Origin: Planctomycetota bacterium
GTDB lineage: Bacteria; Planctomycetota; UBA1135; UBA2386
DNA length: 64,000 nt
Assembly (NCBI GenBank): GCA_965223545.1
Contig: OZ245006.1
Coordinates: 320,001 to 384,000 of the forward strand
Reading direction: 5' to 3'
In this document: positions 23,017 through 32,242 of the stretch, one piece after another
Layout: every line of letters starts with the position of its first letter
Numbering within the stretch: the stretch's first letter is position 1
Notes under the pieces: generated by a model
Database searches by the model: none
The model's input: the letters and a program-made list of their open reading frames with translations, nothing else
Told to the model about the DNA's origin: nothing
Program-made: the position numbers and the translations under genes

Positions 23017-23034
23017 ACGACCCACAACCGCCAC

Positions 23035-23961
23035 TCAGCCGCCGTTGCCCTGACCGCCCTCGCCACTCGCGCCGCCCTCTGCTTGCTCCGCCGCCCGCGC
23101 CGCCGCCGCCTCCGCCGCCTTGAGCTCGTACTGAATGTGCGTGCGCGCCGGCAAGTGGTCCATCACCGGGATGAAGCTCTTGCCCGGCGGCAGCTCGATG
23201 CGAAACGACTCGACCTCCATCGGCGCGTTCAGCGCGAGCCGGTCGATGGAAACCCGCGCGACCTCGCGTCCATCCGCCCACAGCGTCATCTGGCGGATCA
23301 CCAAGTCGGACTGGCGCACTTGTAGCTCGACGCGGTCGGGTTGCCCCTCCTCGGCCAGGCCCGCCGGCGGCTGCTCATCGCCGCCGACTCCGGCGCGGCG
23401 GTCGCCCTGGATCAGCCAGCACTCTTCGCCCTCTTGGCGCGAGGCGGTCACCGAGAGGTCGTAGTGCTGGTCGAGGCTCTCGAGCATCTCCGCGCCGAGC
23501 GGGTCCTTGGCCTTGTTGCCGAGGTCGCCGGGCACATCGCCCTCCTTGCCGAGGACCTCGCTGGCCCACTCCAACCGCTCGACCAGCTCGGGCTCCATCC
23601 GCAGGTAGGTCGGACCGAACGCCGGGTCCTGCTCGCGGATCCACACCCCCTGCGGCGTCTTGACCGTCTCGTGCTCGGAGACCACCTGACCGTTGTCGAA
23701 GACGGCGCGGTTCTCGATGTGGACATGTGTCGTGCCGAGGACACGGATGGTGCCCTTGATCTCAAACGCGGTGCCGCCGGCGAAGCGGCCCGTGCTGGTC
23801 ATCTCCATCTCGACCGAGGTCGACTCCTTCTGCCGCTCCCGCAGCGTCTTCACAAGTTCCGCTAGCGTGGGCGGTTGGCCCTCGCCCTGGGGGGCGACGG
23901 CGGCGCCGGCCGGCAGCGCGGCGAGGAGGAGGCAAAGAGTTCCGCAAGTGGTACGCTTCAT
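23035..23961 (-). CDS. Exported LolA/LolB-fold-like protein
   Basis: Signal peptide 'LLLAALPAGAAVA'; beta-rich body; C-terminal 'IDRLALNAPMEVESFRIELPPG' resembles the LolA-family end. Confidence 0.5.
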   Translation of the reverse strand: MKRTTCGTLCLLLAALPAGAAVAPQGEGQPPTLAELVKTLRERQKESTSVEMEMTSTGRFAGGTAFEIKGTIRVLGTTHVHIENRAVFDNGQVVSEHETVKTPQGVWIREQDPAFGPTYLRMEPELVERLEWASEVLGKEGDVPGDLGNKAKDPLGAEMLESLDQHYDLSVTASRQEGEECWLIQGDRRAGVGGDEQPPAGLAEEGQPDRVELQVRQSDLVIRQMTLWADGREVARVSIDRLALNAPMEVESFRIELPPGKSFIPVMDHLPARTHIQYELKAAEAAAARAAEQAEGGASGEGGQGNGG

Positions 23962-24113
23962 GCTGTTCGTTGCGCCCTGGCGCGAGCGCGCTCCGTGGCT
24001 GGCCGCCGCCCCAGCCTACACCGGGCTTCAGATTACCCGGACCACTGGGAACGCTCGCAGCGAAGCTCGAAACAACAAAGATCATGCCAACAACGGCAGA
24101 TCGGAGACCCGCG

Positions 24114-25307
24114 ATGCGCAGATTCGCTCTTCTCATTCCCCTCGGCCTTGCCGCGACCGGCGGCTCGGTGGCCGCCGACGAGCTGCAGCTCGCTGACGGC
24201 CGCGTGCTGGTCGGTGCGGTCGAGACCCGCGGCAACGACTACCGGGTGCGCACCCGCGACGGCGTCGTCACGGTGCCGATGGGCGACGTCGTCCGCCACC
24301 GCACCGACGACGACCTCCGCGCCGCGCTGTCGGCGTTGGCGGAGCGCGTCGGCGACGACGGCTACTCCCGCGTGCAGCTCGCCCGCACCGCGTTCGGCTG
24401 GGGACTGGACGACGAGATGTGGGAGCATCTCGACGCCGCCGTCGAGCGCACGCGGCCGCGCTCGGCGGGCGACAAGGCGCTGCGCTCGCTGCTCGCCGAA
24501 CTCGAGCCCGCCCTGTTGCCCGCGGAGCACCGCGATGCCGACCCCGAAGTCCGAGTCCGCCAGCTGCTGCTGCGGCTGCGCCCCGGCAGCTCGCCGGCCA
24601 AACAGGCCGTCGTGCAGGAGCTGCTGGCGCGCGAGCCCGACGCCGACGCCCTGCTGCGGACGAAAGCGCGCGTGGCGACGCGGCCGCTGCACCGCGCCGC
24701 CGCGGTCCACGCCCTCGCGCGCCGCGAGGCCGAGGGCAACGATACGTTCGTGTTCCGCAGCCTGGTGATGGACGGCTCGCAGGACGTGCGCGATGCCGCC
24801 GCCCGCGCCACGCTGCGCAGCGGCCAGCGCGAGCAAGCGGTCCAGTACATCGCCGGCGGCCTGATGCACGACCACCCCGAGATCCGCGGGCGCACCGCGC
24901 ACGCGATGGCCAACCTCGGCTCGATGGCGGCGGTGCCGCTGCTGGTCGCCGCCGGCCCGCTGGCGGGCACGCCGCGGGCGAGCCTGGCCGAGGGCGGCGG
25001 CGAGCGCGGCCACGTCGCGTTCATCGAGCAGACCAGCTTCATCCGCGACTTCGACGTCGAGGTCGCGCAGGCGTCCTTCATCGCCGATCCCAAGGTCGAC
25101 GTGCTGCAGTCCGGCACGGTCCTCGACGTCTCCGTGCACGCCGTCACCCGACACCGGACCGAGATCGTCCGCGCCTACCGGCGCGCGCTGCACCACCTCA
25201 CCGGCAGCGATCCGGGCAACCGCACGGCGAAATGGGCCGAGTGGATGCAGCAGCTGAAGCCGCGGCAAGCAGCGGCGACCACGGCGGCTCGCACCGCGCA
25301 GCAGTAA
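24114..25307 (+). CDS. Exported HEAT-repeat protein
   Basis: Signal peptide, N-terminal 'DELQLADGRVLVG' beta module, HEAT repeats 'DGSQDVRDAAARA', 'DHPEIRGRTAHAMANLG...AVPLL'. Confidence 0.75.
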   Translation: MRRFALLIPLGLAATGGSVAADELQLADGRVLVGAVETRGNDYRVRTRDGVVTVPMGDVVRHRTDDDLRAALSALAERVGDDGYSRVQLARTAFGWGLDDEMWEHLDAAVERTRPRSAGDKALRSLLAELEPALLPAEHRDADPEVRVRQLLLRLRPGSSPAKQAVVQELLAREPDADALLRTKARVATRPLHRAAAVHALARREAEGNDTFVFRSLVMDGSQDVRDAAARATLRSGQREQAVQYIAGGLMHDHPEIRGRTAHAMANLGSMAAVPLLVAAGPLAGTPRASLAEGGGERGHVAFIEQTSFIRDFDVEVAQASFIADPKVDVLQSGTVLDVSVHAVTRHRTEIVRAYRRALHHLTGSDPGNRTAKWAEWMQQLKPRQAAATTAARTAQQ

Positions 25308-25386
25308 GACTGCACCCTGGCGGGCGACTCGAACCCGGCGGGAAACGGGCTTTCCCGAGGGACGCCGGCCTGCTCTGCTGGCGGCC

Positions 25387-26814
25387 GTGACTAGCCCGCG
25401 CCCCAAGCCCGACGTCGCGCTGATCGGCCTCGCCGCCATGGGCCAGAACCTGGCCCTCAACATCGCCCGCAAGGGCTTTCCGCTCGTCGTCCACAACCGC
25501 ACGGCGGAGCGCACCCGCGCGTTCCTCGAGCAGCGGGTGCACGGCGAGCCGATCTTCGGCGCCGACAGCTTGGCCGGGTTGGTGGAGCAAACCGCGGCGC
25601 CGCGCACCGTCTTGTTGATGGTCAAAGCCGGTGCGCCGGTCGACGAGACGTTGGCGGCACTGCTGCCGCTCCTCTCTGCCGACGACATCGTCATCGACGC
25701 GGGCAACTCCCACCCCGACGCCACCGAGCGCCGGTTCGCAGAAGTCGAACAACGCGGCGTCCACTATGTCGGCCTCGGGGTCTCGGGCGGCGAGCAGGGC
25801 GCCCTCGAGGGCGCCAGCCTGATGCCGGGCTGTGACCAGGAGACCTACGCCCGGCTGGCGCCGATGCTGGAGGCGATCGCCGCGCAGGCCTCCGGCGAGC
25901 CCTGCGTCGCCCACCTCGGCCCCGGCGCCACCGGCCACTTCGTCAAGATGGTGCACAACGGCATCGAGTATGCCGACATGCAGCTGATCGCCGAGACGCA
26001 CGACCTGATGCGGCACGCGCTGCGCCTGCAGCCCGCCGAACAGGCAGCGGTGTTCGCGCGGTGGAACGACGGCGACCTGGCCGGCTACCTGATCGAGATC
26101 ACCGCCCACATCCTTGAGCAGCACGACGCCGAGACCGGCACGCCGATGGTCGACGTGATCCTCGACCGCGCCGGCCAGAAGGGCACCGGGCGGTGGACCG
26201 CCGAGCTCGCGCTCCGTCTCGGGGTGCCGGTGCCGACGATCCACGCCGCGGTGTCGGCGCGCGGGCTGTCGGCGCGCCTGGCGGAGCGACGCCGCGCGGC
26301 CGCCGTGCTGACCGGTCCGGACAGCGACCCGGTGACCGACCGCCGGTTGGTGGACGATCTCGAGCACGCGCTCTACGCCGCCAAGGTGTGCAGCTATGCG
26401 CAGGGCTTCGACCTGCTGCGCCACGCCAGCGCACACCACGGTTGGCAGCTCGACCTGGGCGCGGTGGCGCGCATTTGGCGCAACGGGTGCATCATCCGCG
26501 CCGCCCTGCTCGAGCGCATCACCGAGGCCTACGCCGCCGGCGCGGACCTGCCCCATCTGCTGCTGGATCCCGGCTTGGGCGCGCGTTTGGGCGAGCACCA
26601 GCGCTCGTGGCGCGAGGTCGTCGGCCTGGCCGCGACCAGCGGCGTGCCGGCCCTGGCGTTCGGCGCCAGCCTGTCGTACTTCGACAGCTACCGCCGCGAC
26701 CGGCTGCCGCAGGCGCTGACCCAGGCGCAGCGCGACCTGTTCGGCGCGCACACCTTCGAGCGCGTCGATCGCCCCGAGGGCGAGCGGTTTCACCACGAGT
26801 GGGGATTCGACTGA
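25387..26814 (+). CDS. gndA: NADP-dependent 6-phosphogluconate dehydrogenase (decarboxylating)
   Basis: 'GLAAMGQNLALN', 'NRT', 'VSGGEQGA', 'GHFVKMVHNGIEYADMQ', 'QKGTG', 'QAQRDLFGAHT'. Confidence 0.96.
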   Translation: MTSPRPKPDVALIGLAAMGQNLALNIARKGFPLVVHNRTAERTRAFLEQRVHGEPIFGADSLAGLVEQTAAPRTVLLMVKAGAPVDETLAALLPLLSADDIVIDAGNSHPDATERRFAEVEQRGVHYVGLGVSGGEQGALEGASLMPGCDQETYARLAPMLEAIAAQASGEPCVAHLGPGATGHFVKMVHNGIEYADMQLIAETHDLMRHALRLQPAEQAAVFARWNDGDLAGYLIEITAHILEQHDAETGTPMVDVILDRAGQKGTGRWTAELALRLGVPVPTIHAAVSARGLSARLAERRRAAAVLTGPDSDPVTDRRLVDDLEHALYAAKVCSYAQGFDLLRHASAHHGWQLDLGAVARIWRNGCIIRAALLERITEAYAAGADLPHLLLDPGLGARLGEHQRSWREVVGLAATSGVPALAFGASLSYFDSYRRDRLPQALTQAQRDLFGAHTFERVDRPEGERFHHEWGFD

Positions 26815-26967
26815 CGCGCGGTCGCGCCGGTGCCATGGACGGCGGCACGCCGCGCGCCGCGGAGGCCGCCGAGCCGGCTTGACCGCGGCCACCGCGGTGG
26901 TCGATCCAACGCATGTGAGCGCACCAGCAGCACACGGCCAGCCACGCGGCGACGAGTGGTGGCCTGC

Positions 26968-27336
26968 ATGACCGTGGCCCGCCGTGTCGACGTGCTGGTG
27001 GTCTCTCGACAGCCGGCCTCGGTCGGCCCGCTGCTGCGCGCGGTCGCCGAGGCGGACTGCGGCGCCGACCTCGCCGCCGACCTGGCCGAGGCCCGCCAGC
27101 TGTTCTTCGAGCAGGGCGGCCACCAGCTGTTGGTGCTCGCTCCCGACCTCTCGCCCGGCAGCGCCCGGCGCATCGTCGGCGATCTCCGCGCCCTGGATCC
27201 GGAGCTCGGCGTGGTCGCCTTCGCGGACCGCCAGCTGGGCACGGCGCCGTGCCCGCGGTCGACGCGTGCCAGCGCCTTCCACCCGGCCTCACGCGCCGGC
27301 ATCGGTGCCGTGCTCAAGGCGCTGCAACGGCTCTGA
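26968..27336 (+). CDS. Hypothetical protein, degenerate receiver (CheY-like) fold
   Basis: Alternating pattern 'DVLVVS...LAEARQL...HQLLVLAPDL...LRALDPELGVVAF' without the acidic pocket or phospho-Asp. Confidence 0.45.
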   Translation: MTVARRVDVLVVSRQPASVGPLLRAVAEADCGADLAADLAEARQLFFEQGGHQLLVLAPDLSPGSARRIVGDLRALDPELGVVAFADRQLGTAPCPRSTRASAFHPASRAGIGAVLKALQRL

Positions 27337-27342
27337 GAGCCT

Positions 27343-27600
27343 TCAGAGCAAGTGGAACGCCGACTGCTGGCCGCAGCGGCAGCGCAGCCGGATGACTTCG
27401 GCACCCTGCGTGCGCGCGAGCTGCGCCGCGCGCGACAGCAGCGACAGCGACACCGGCCGCAGGGAGGACTCGACGTCGGCCCCCGGCTCGGGGGCGTCCG
27501 CGTAGCCGATGCGCCCCAAGCACCGTCGGCACGCGAGGCAGCACACCGCGACCCGGCGCTCGATCTCCTCGGGGAGCAGTACGGTTTCGAACAGGTCCAA
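27343..27600 (-). CDS. Small hypothetical Cys-rich (possible zinc-ribbon) protein
   Basis: 85 aa from TTG 27600: 'CCLACRRC' ... 'CRCG'; fills an otherwise empty gap. Confidence 0.45.
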   Translation of the reverse strand: MDLFETVLLPEEIERRVAVCCLACRRCLGRIGYADAPEPGADVESSLRPVSLSLLSRAAQLARTQGAEVIRLRCRCGQQSAFHLL

Positions 27601-27736
27601 GGGTCTGCGGGGTTGGATGCGCGGCTGGCGCGGGGCGGCGCGAGGGCTCTGACGCCGGCATCTTGCGGGATATTCTGCAAACGCGCAACGCCGCGTGTCA
27701 CCGGCCACGCCATCGGCGCCACAAGGAGATGGAGCC

Positions 27737-29254
27737 GTGGACAAACCAACCGCAGTCGGCGCCGGAATGCTGTGCGGCGTGCACGCGATTCCCGTGCGGG
27801 TCGAAGCGACCCTGCGCGGCAGCGGCACGCCGCGCATCCTCGGCAGCGTGGACACCGTGGTGCGCGAGGCCTACCACCGATTGCTGACCGCGTTCCCCGC
27901 CGACGGGCTGGAGCCACCGCGCGGCTGCCCGACGATCAACTTCTCGCCGGCGAACCTGCGCAAGACCGGCAGTGGGTTCGATCTGCCGATGGCATTGGCC
28001 CTGGCCGGCGCCGCCGGCCACTACCCGAGCGATCGCGCGGCGACCGTCACCGCGCTGGGTGAGCTGGGCCTGGACGGCGCGGTGCTGCCGGTGCGCGGGG
28101 CGGTGCCGGTGGCGATCGCCGCCGCCCGGACCGGCCGCCGCGACCTGTTGCTGGCCGAGCGCGACGCGCGGTTGGCCGCTCTGGTGCCGGGGGTCCGCGC
28201 CTTTGCCGTGGCGCGGCTGGCCCAGGCCATCGCCTGGCTGCGCGGGACCATCGACCTGTCGCCGGCCGAGCCGGCGGCGCCGCCCCCGCCAGCCGCGGTC
28301 GCCGACCTCGCCGACATCCGCGGTCACGAGACGGCGAAGACCGCGCTGCAGGTGGCGGCGGCGGGCAACCACAACACGCTGCTCGTCGGGCCACCCGGAT
28401 CGGGCAAGTCGGCGCTGCTGCGCCGGCTGCCCGGGCTGCTGCCCGCGGCCTCGCCGGGCGAGCAGCTGGAGATCATGGCGATCGGCTCGCTGCGCGCCGC
28501 CGACGGCTGCGCGCCGGCGGCGCAGCGGCCGGTGCGCTGCCCACACCACACCAGCAGCTTCGTCAGCCTGCTCGGCGGCGGCCCGGAGCTGCGCCCTGGC
28601 GAGGTCACCCTCGCGCATCGGGGCGTGCTGTTCCTCGACGAGCTGGCGGAGTTCCGCCGCGAGGCGCTCGAGGCCCTGCGGCAGCCACTCGAGGATGCAA
28701 AGGTCAGCGTCGGGCGGGCGCGCGGAGTGATCCAGATGCCGGCCGACTTCCTGTTCGTGGCGGCGATGAACCCGTGCCCGTGTGGCTACTGGGGACACCG
28801 CGGCCGCGCATGCGTGTGCGGGCCGTCGCAGCGGCGCCGCTACGCGGCGCGGATCTCGGGGCCGCTGCTCGACCGCCTCGACCTGCAGGTGGCGTTGCCG
28901 CAGCTGTCCGCCGCCGAGCTCGCCCAGCCGGCCGACGCGCGCTGGTCGACCGCCGCCCTCCGCGCGCCGATCGACACGGCGCGGGCGCGCCAGGCTGCGC
29001 GCTCACCCCGGTCGCCGGTGCCCAACAGCCGGCTTGGCGGCGAGCTGCTGGAGGCGGCCATCGGACCGGACCAGGCCACCCGGACACGCCTCGACGCCTT
29101 GGTGCGGCGGCACCACTTGTCCGGCCGCGCCCGGGAGCGCCTGCTGCGGGTGGCACGGACGGTCGCCGACCTCGACGACCGCGATACGGTCACGGTCGAG
29201 GATCTGCTCGCGGCGGCGCGCTTGCGGGGGCTGCATCACTCGCCGACCGAATGA
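27737..29254 (+). CDS. comM: YifB/ComM Mg-chelatase-like AAA+ ATPase
   Basis: 'NFSPANLRKTGSGFDLPMA', 'GELGLDG', Walker A 'GPPGSGKS', 'PHHT', 'PGEVTLAHRGVLFLDE', 'AAMNPCPCG', 'SGPLLDRLD'. Confidence 0.93.
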   Translation: MDKPTAVGAGMLCGVHAIPVRVEATLRGSGTPRILGSVDTVVREAYHRLLTAFPADGLEPPRGCPTINFSPANLRKTGSGFDLPMALALAGAAGHYPSDRAATVTALGELGLDGAVLPVRGAVPVAIAAARTGRRDLLLAERDARLAALVPGVRAFAVARLAQAIAWLRGTIDLSPAEPAAPPPPAAVADLADIRGHETAKTALQVAAAGNHNTLLVGPPGSGKSALLRRLPGLLPAASPGEQLEIMAIGSLRAADGCAPAAQRPVRCPHHTSSFVSLLGGGPELRPGEVTLAHRGVLFLDELAEFRREALEALRQPLEDAKVSVGRARGVIQMPADFLFVAAMNPCPCGYWGHRGRACVCGPSQRRRYAARISGPLLDRLDLQVALPQLSAAELAQPADARWSTAALRAPIDTARARQAARSPRSPVPNSRLGGELLEAAIGPDQATRTRLDALVRRHHLSGRARERLLRVARTVADLDDRDTVTVEDLLAAARLRGLHHSPTE

Positions 29255-29288
29255 GCGTCGGGAGCCGGCATCTTCGCGCGGCGGCAGC

Positions 29289-29527
29289 TGCTCCGTTAAG
29301 CCCTCTGCGCTCAGCGCGGCCGAGGCCGCAAACACAAACACGGAGCATTCCGCGACCCGAGCGTCGGTCGCGGGTCCCGCGGTCGCCGGCGGCCGCGCTG
29401 AGCCCGGAGGCCAGTGTTGTCTTCGAGCCTCCGGGAGTTGCGGTATCGAAGTCCCGGCGACGACGGGCCTTCCGAAAGGTTGTTGCCGCTCGAACATTCT
29501 CGGACCCGGAGGCTCAGCGCGGCCGCC
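29289..29527. repeat. Cluster of direct and inverted repeats in a convergent intergenic region
   Basis: GCTCAGCGCGGCCG at 29309-29322 (+), 29390-29403 (-), 29512-29525 (+); GAGCCTCCGGG 29425-29435 is the reverse complement of 29505-29515; further hairpins. Confidence 0.55.
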
Positions 29528-31028
29528 CGGGTGCGCTGGAGTCGCGAGCTCCGCTGCTGTCGCGGCGGGTGTCCTCGTTGGTTGCGGCCCCGGCCGCGAT
29601 GAGTGCATCCAAGGCCGCCGCTGGACCACCGACCAGTTCGGCGTCGCGCGCGGGCCGGAAGCCCTTTGGGTAGAGCTCGGCCGAGGTGCGGATGCGCTCG
29701 AAATCCCTGGCGAAGGCTTCGAACGCGTCGCGCGGGGCGTCGCAGCAGAACGCCATCGTCGCCTCGCCGACGCGGAACACCCAAACCTGGCAGCGGAAGC
29801 GGTGGTGCGCGCCCGCGCGGTCATCCTCGTAGTCGACGTCGATGCACACCGCCGGTCGGTCGCGGAGGGTGGTGACCCGCCGCCCCATCTCCTGCATCGC
29901 CGGGCGGACGTGCGCCAACCAACGCACGACCGTGTCCGCGGCTGACTCGAGCATCAGCTGGCGGTCGATCTGGTCGAACGCCAGCAGGCATGCGCTGACC
30001 CCGCGGCCGGGGACCTGGAGCAATACGCCGCCCGGCGGCGCGGTGGCGGCCTGCCACGCCGGGTTGGGCAACCACAGCGCGAAGCGGCCCTCGGCCTCGG
30101 CCGCCAGTGCCGACGGGTAGGTCGAGTCCTCGAACGCCATCAGGCGACGCACCGCCGCCTCCGAAGCGGCGACGGCCACGAGCTGGGCGCCGTTGACCTC
30201 GCGGCGCAGAACGCGCGCGGAGGCGTCGACCCATTCGGTGTTGCCGGTGGACGCCGGGCCCGGGGCGGTGCACAGCTCGACCACCGTGCGGCGCACGCCG
30301 TCGATCTCCACTTCGCGCCGGCTGGCCGGGTAGACCGCCCGCTCGACGAACTCCTCGCGTTCGGGCACGAACAAGCGCACCACGCGCTCGTCGCGGAGCT
30401 CACCGTGGTTCTGCCGCATCGCGGCGGCGACGATCAGCGGGAACTGCATGCCGGTCCGCCAGGGGTGGCGCCGGCGCTGCCGGGGGCGCGCCCCGTGCGA
30501 ATCGACCACGAGCTCGTCGCCGACCACTTCGCCGCGCACCAACCGCTCCTGCAGGACCCGGCCGTCCGCCGCCGTGCTGCGCTCGTGGTAGAAGCACGCC
30601 AGTGGCACCAAGTCGGCGCTGGCGGTCTCCAGAATCGTCACCGCGGTGGTGCGGGTGCCGTAGCGGAACTCCCACTCCTCGCCGATGCGCAGCAGCCCGT
30701 CCTCGGTCGCGGTCACGGTCGACTGCAATCTGCCGACGACGCGGCCCTCGGCGTCGTGCACCGCGAACCACTCATCGCGCGGATCCAGGGCGACCGGCAC
30801 GGGTGCCGCCGCCACCGGCGCGTCCGCCATCGACTCGATCCTCGCCCGGTCGAAGCCGACGACGGTGCCATCGGCCAACCGGAGCTCGATGTAGCCCTCG
30901 GTCTGCTGCTGGATCTCGCCCTCCAGCTCGCCCCCGCCAACCAGCTGCAGCAAGACGCGCGGCGGCGGATCCTGGGGAGCCGGCACGGCGGAGATCAACG
31001 CAACGGCCAAGAGCAGGGGGTTCGGCAT
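29514..31028 (-). CDS. Exported hypothetical protein
   Basis: Signal peptide 'MPNPLLLAVALISAVPA', N-terminal 'LQLVGGGELEGEI' module, beta-rich middle, possible PsbP/DcrB-like C-terminus. Confidence 0.7.
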   Translation of the reverse strand: MPNPLLLAVALISAVPAPQDPPPRVLLQLVGGGELEGEIQQQTEGYIELRLADGTVVGFDRARIESMADAPVAAAPVPVALDPRDEWFAVHDAEGRVVGRLQSTVTATEDGLLRIGEEWEFRYGTRTTAVTILETASADLVPLACFYHERSTAADGRVLQERLVRGEVVGDELVVDSHGARPRQRRRHPWRTGMQFPLIVAAAMRQNHGELRDERVVRLFVPEREEFVERAVYPASRREVEIDGVRRTVVELCTAPGPASTGNTEWVDASARVLRREVNGAQLVAVAASEAAVRRLMAFEDSTYPSALAAEAEGRFALWLPNPAWQAATAPPGGVLLQVPGRGVSACLLAFDQIDRQLMLESAADTVVRWLAHVRPAMQEMGRRVTTLRDRPAVCIDVDYEDDRAGAHHRFRCQVWVFRVGEATMAFCCDAPRDAFEAFARDFERIRTSAELYPKGFRPARDAELVGGPAAALDALIAAGAATNEDTRRDSSGARDSSAPGRPR

Positions 31029-31148
31029 CACGGGGTCGTCGGGGGTCGATCCGGTCGAGACCAGAGGGGTCTCTGTTGTGTTCGACGTCAGCGACAGCCC
31101 CACTTGAGCGGGTTGGCGCCGGGGGACCCTGTCGGTGCCGCGCGATTC

Positions 31149-31493
31149 CTAACCGCGTGGCTCCGCCGGCCCCGAGTCCCGCGCGCACGCCGCCAACACC
31201 CAATCGAGATACGCCGGCGACCCGCCATCCACCGCGACCTCGACCACCTCGGGCACGTCGTACTCGTGCCACTCCCGCAGCTTCTCGCTCAGCTCCGCGA
31301 CACCGGAGCGCGCCACCTTGATCAGCAGCAGCATCTCGGCGTCGTCCTGGACGGCGCCTTGCCAACGGTAGATCGAACGTACGGGACCGACGAGGTTGAC
31401 GCACGCGGCAAGCCCGGCGTCGACCACGCGCCGCGCCAGATCGGGGGCTGCCGCGGGAGGCGCGGTACACAGCACCAGGGAAACGCCGGTCAC
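31149..31493 (-). CDS. cutA: Divalent-cation tolerance protein CutA
   Basis: 'LAACVNL', 'SIYRWQG', 'EMLLLIK', 'HEYDVPE', 'YLDWV'; GTGA overlap with the upstream gene. Confidence 0.93.
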   Translation of the reverse strand: MTGVSLVLCTAPPAAAPDLARRVVDAGLAACVNLVGPVRSIYRWQGAVQDDAEMLLLIKVARSGVAELSEKLREWHEYDVPEVVEVAVDGGSPAYLDWVLAACARDSGPAEPRG

Positions 31494-32242
31494 TTGCCCT
31501 TCCCCAAGCGGTCCGCGAGAGCGGGGTGCAAGCCCGCGCGCAGGATCTTCGCCTGCGTGGCCGGAATGTCGTACGGCACGCGGTGGAACTCCACGCGGTT
31601 GCCGTCGACGACGGCAAAGCACGCGCGGTTGTCACCGTCGCGCGGCTGCCCCACGCTGCCGACGTTGATGATCATCGGCTCGCCGGTGAGCTCGACCGAG
31701 CTGCACTCCGCGGTGGCGGCGGTGAAGCGGTAGTCGCTGCCGTGCACTCCGGGCCAGTGGGTATGGCCGACGAAACACGGCCGGTCGATCAGTGAAAACA
31801 GCTCGACCATCTTCTCGGGCTCGAGGAACACGTCGCTCTTCAGCACGTATTCCATGATCGGATCGCGGGGCGAGCCATGACAGTAGAGGTGGCCGTGCGC
31901 CTCCATCCGGACCGGCAGCGAGGCCAGGAAGTTCCACATCGCCTTGCGCTTGGGACTCCACCAGCTCGGCCGCAGGCGGCGGCGCGTGAACAACAGGGCC
32001 TCCCGCGCCAACGGGTTGAACTCGTCGACGCTGTGGAACAAGCCCCAGTCGTGGTTGCCCATGATCGTCCAGGCGCAGCGCTGCATGACCATCGTCACGC
32101 ACTCCTCGGGGTCGGCGCCATAGCCGACGACGTCGCCGAGGCAGCAGACCTCGTCGACGCCGAGCCGGTCGATCCTCGCCAGCACCGCCTCCAGCGCCTC
32201 CGCGTTGCTGTGCAGATCGGAGATCAGGGCGACCGTCGTCAC
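31490..32242 (-). CDS. Calcineurin-like metallophosphoesterase
   Basis: 'SDLHSN', 'GDVVGYG', 'GNHD', 'HGSP', 'GHTH', 'NVGSVGQPRDGD'. Confidence 0.92.
   Translation of the reverse strand: MTTVALISDLHSNAEALEAVLARIDRLGVDEVCCLGDVVGYGADPEECVTMVMQRCAWTIMGNHDWGLFHSVDEFNPLAREALLFTRRRLRPSWWSPKRKAMWNFLASLPVRMEAHGHLYCHGSPRDPIMEYVLKSDVFLEPEKMVELFSLIDRPCFVGHTHWPGVHGSDYRFTAATAECSSVELTGEPMIINVGSVGQPRDGDNRACFAVVDGNRVEFHRVPYDIPATQAKILRAGLHPALADRLGKGK

Noticed and set aside
25311..25357. GGTTCGAGTC on the minus strand resembling a tRNA T-loop
   Set aside because: The flanks do not form a T-stem or cloverleaf; only a small 7-bp hairpin is nearby.
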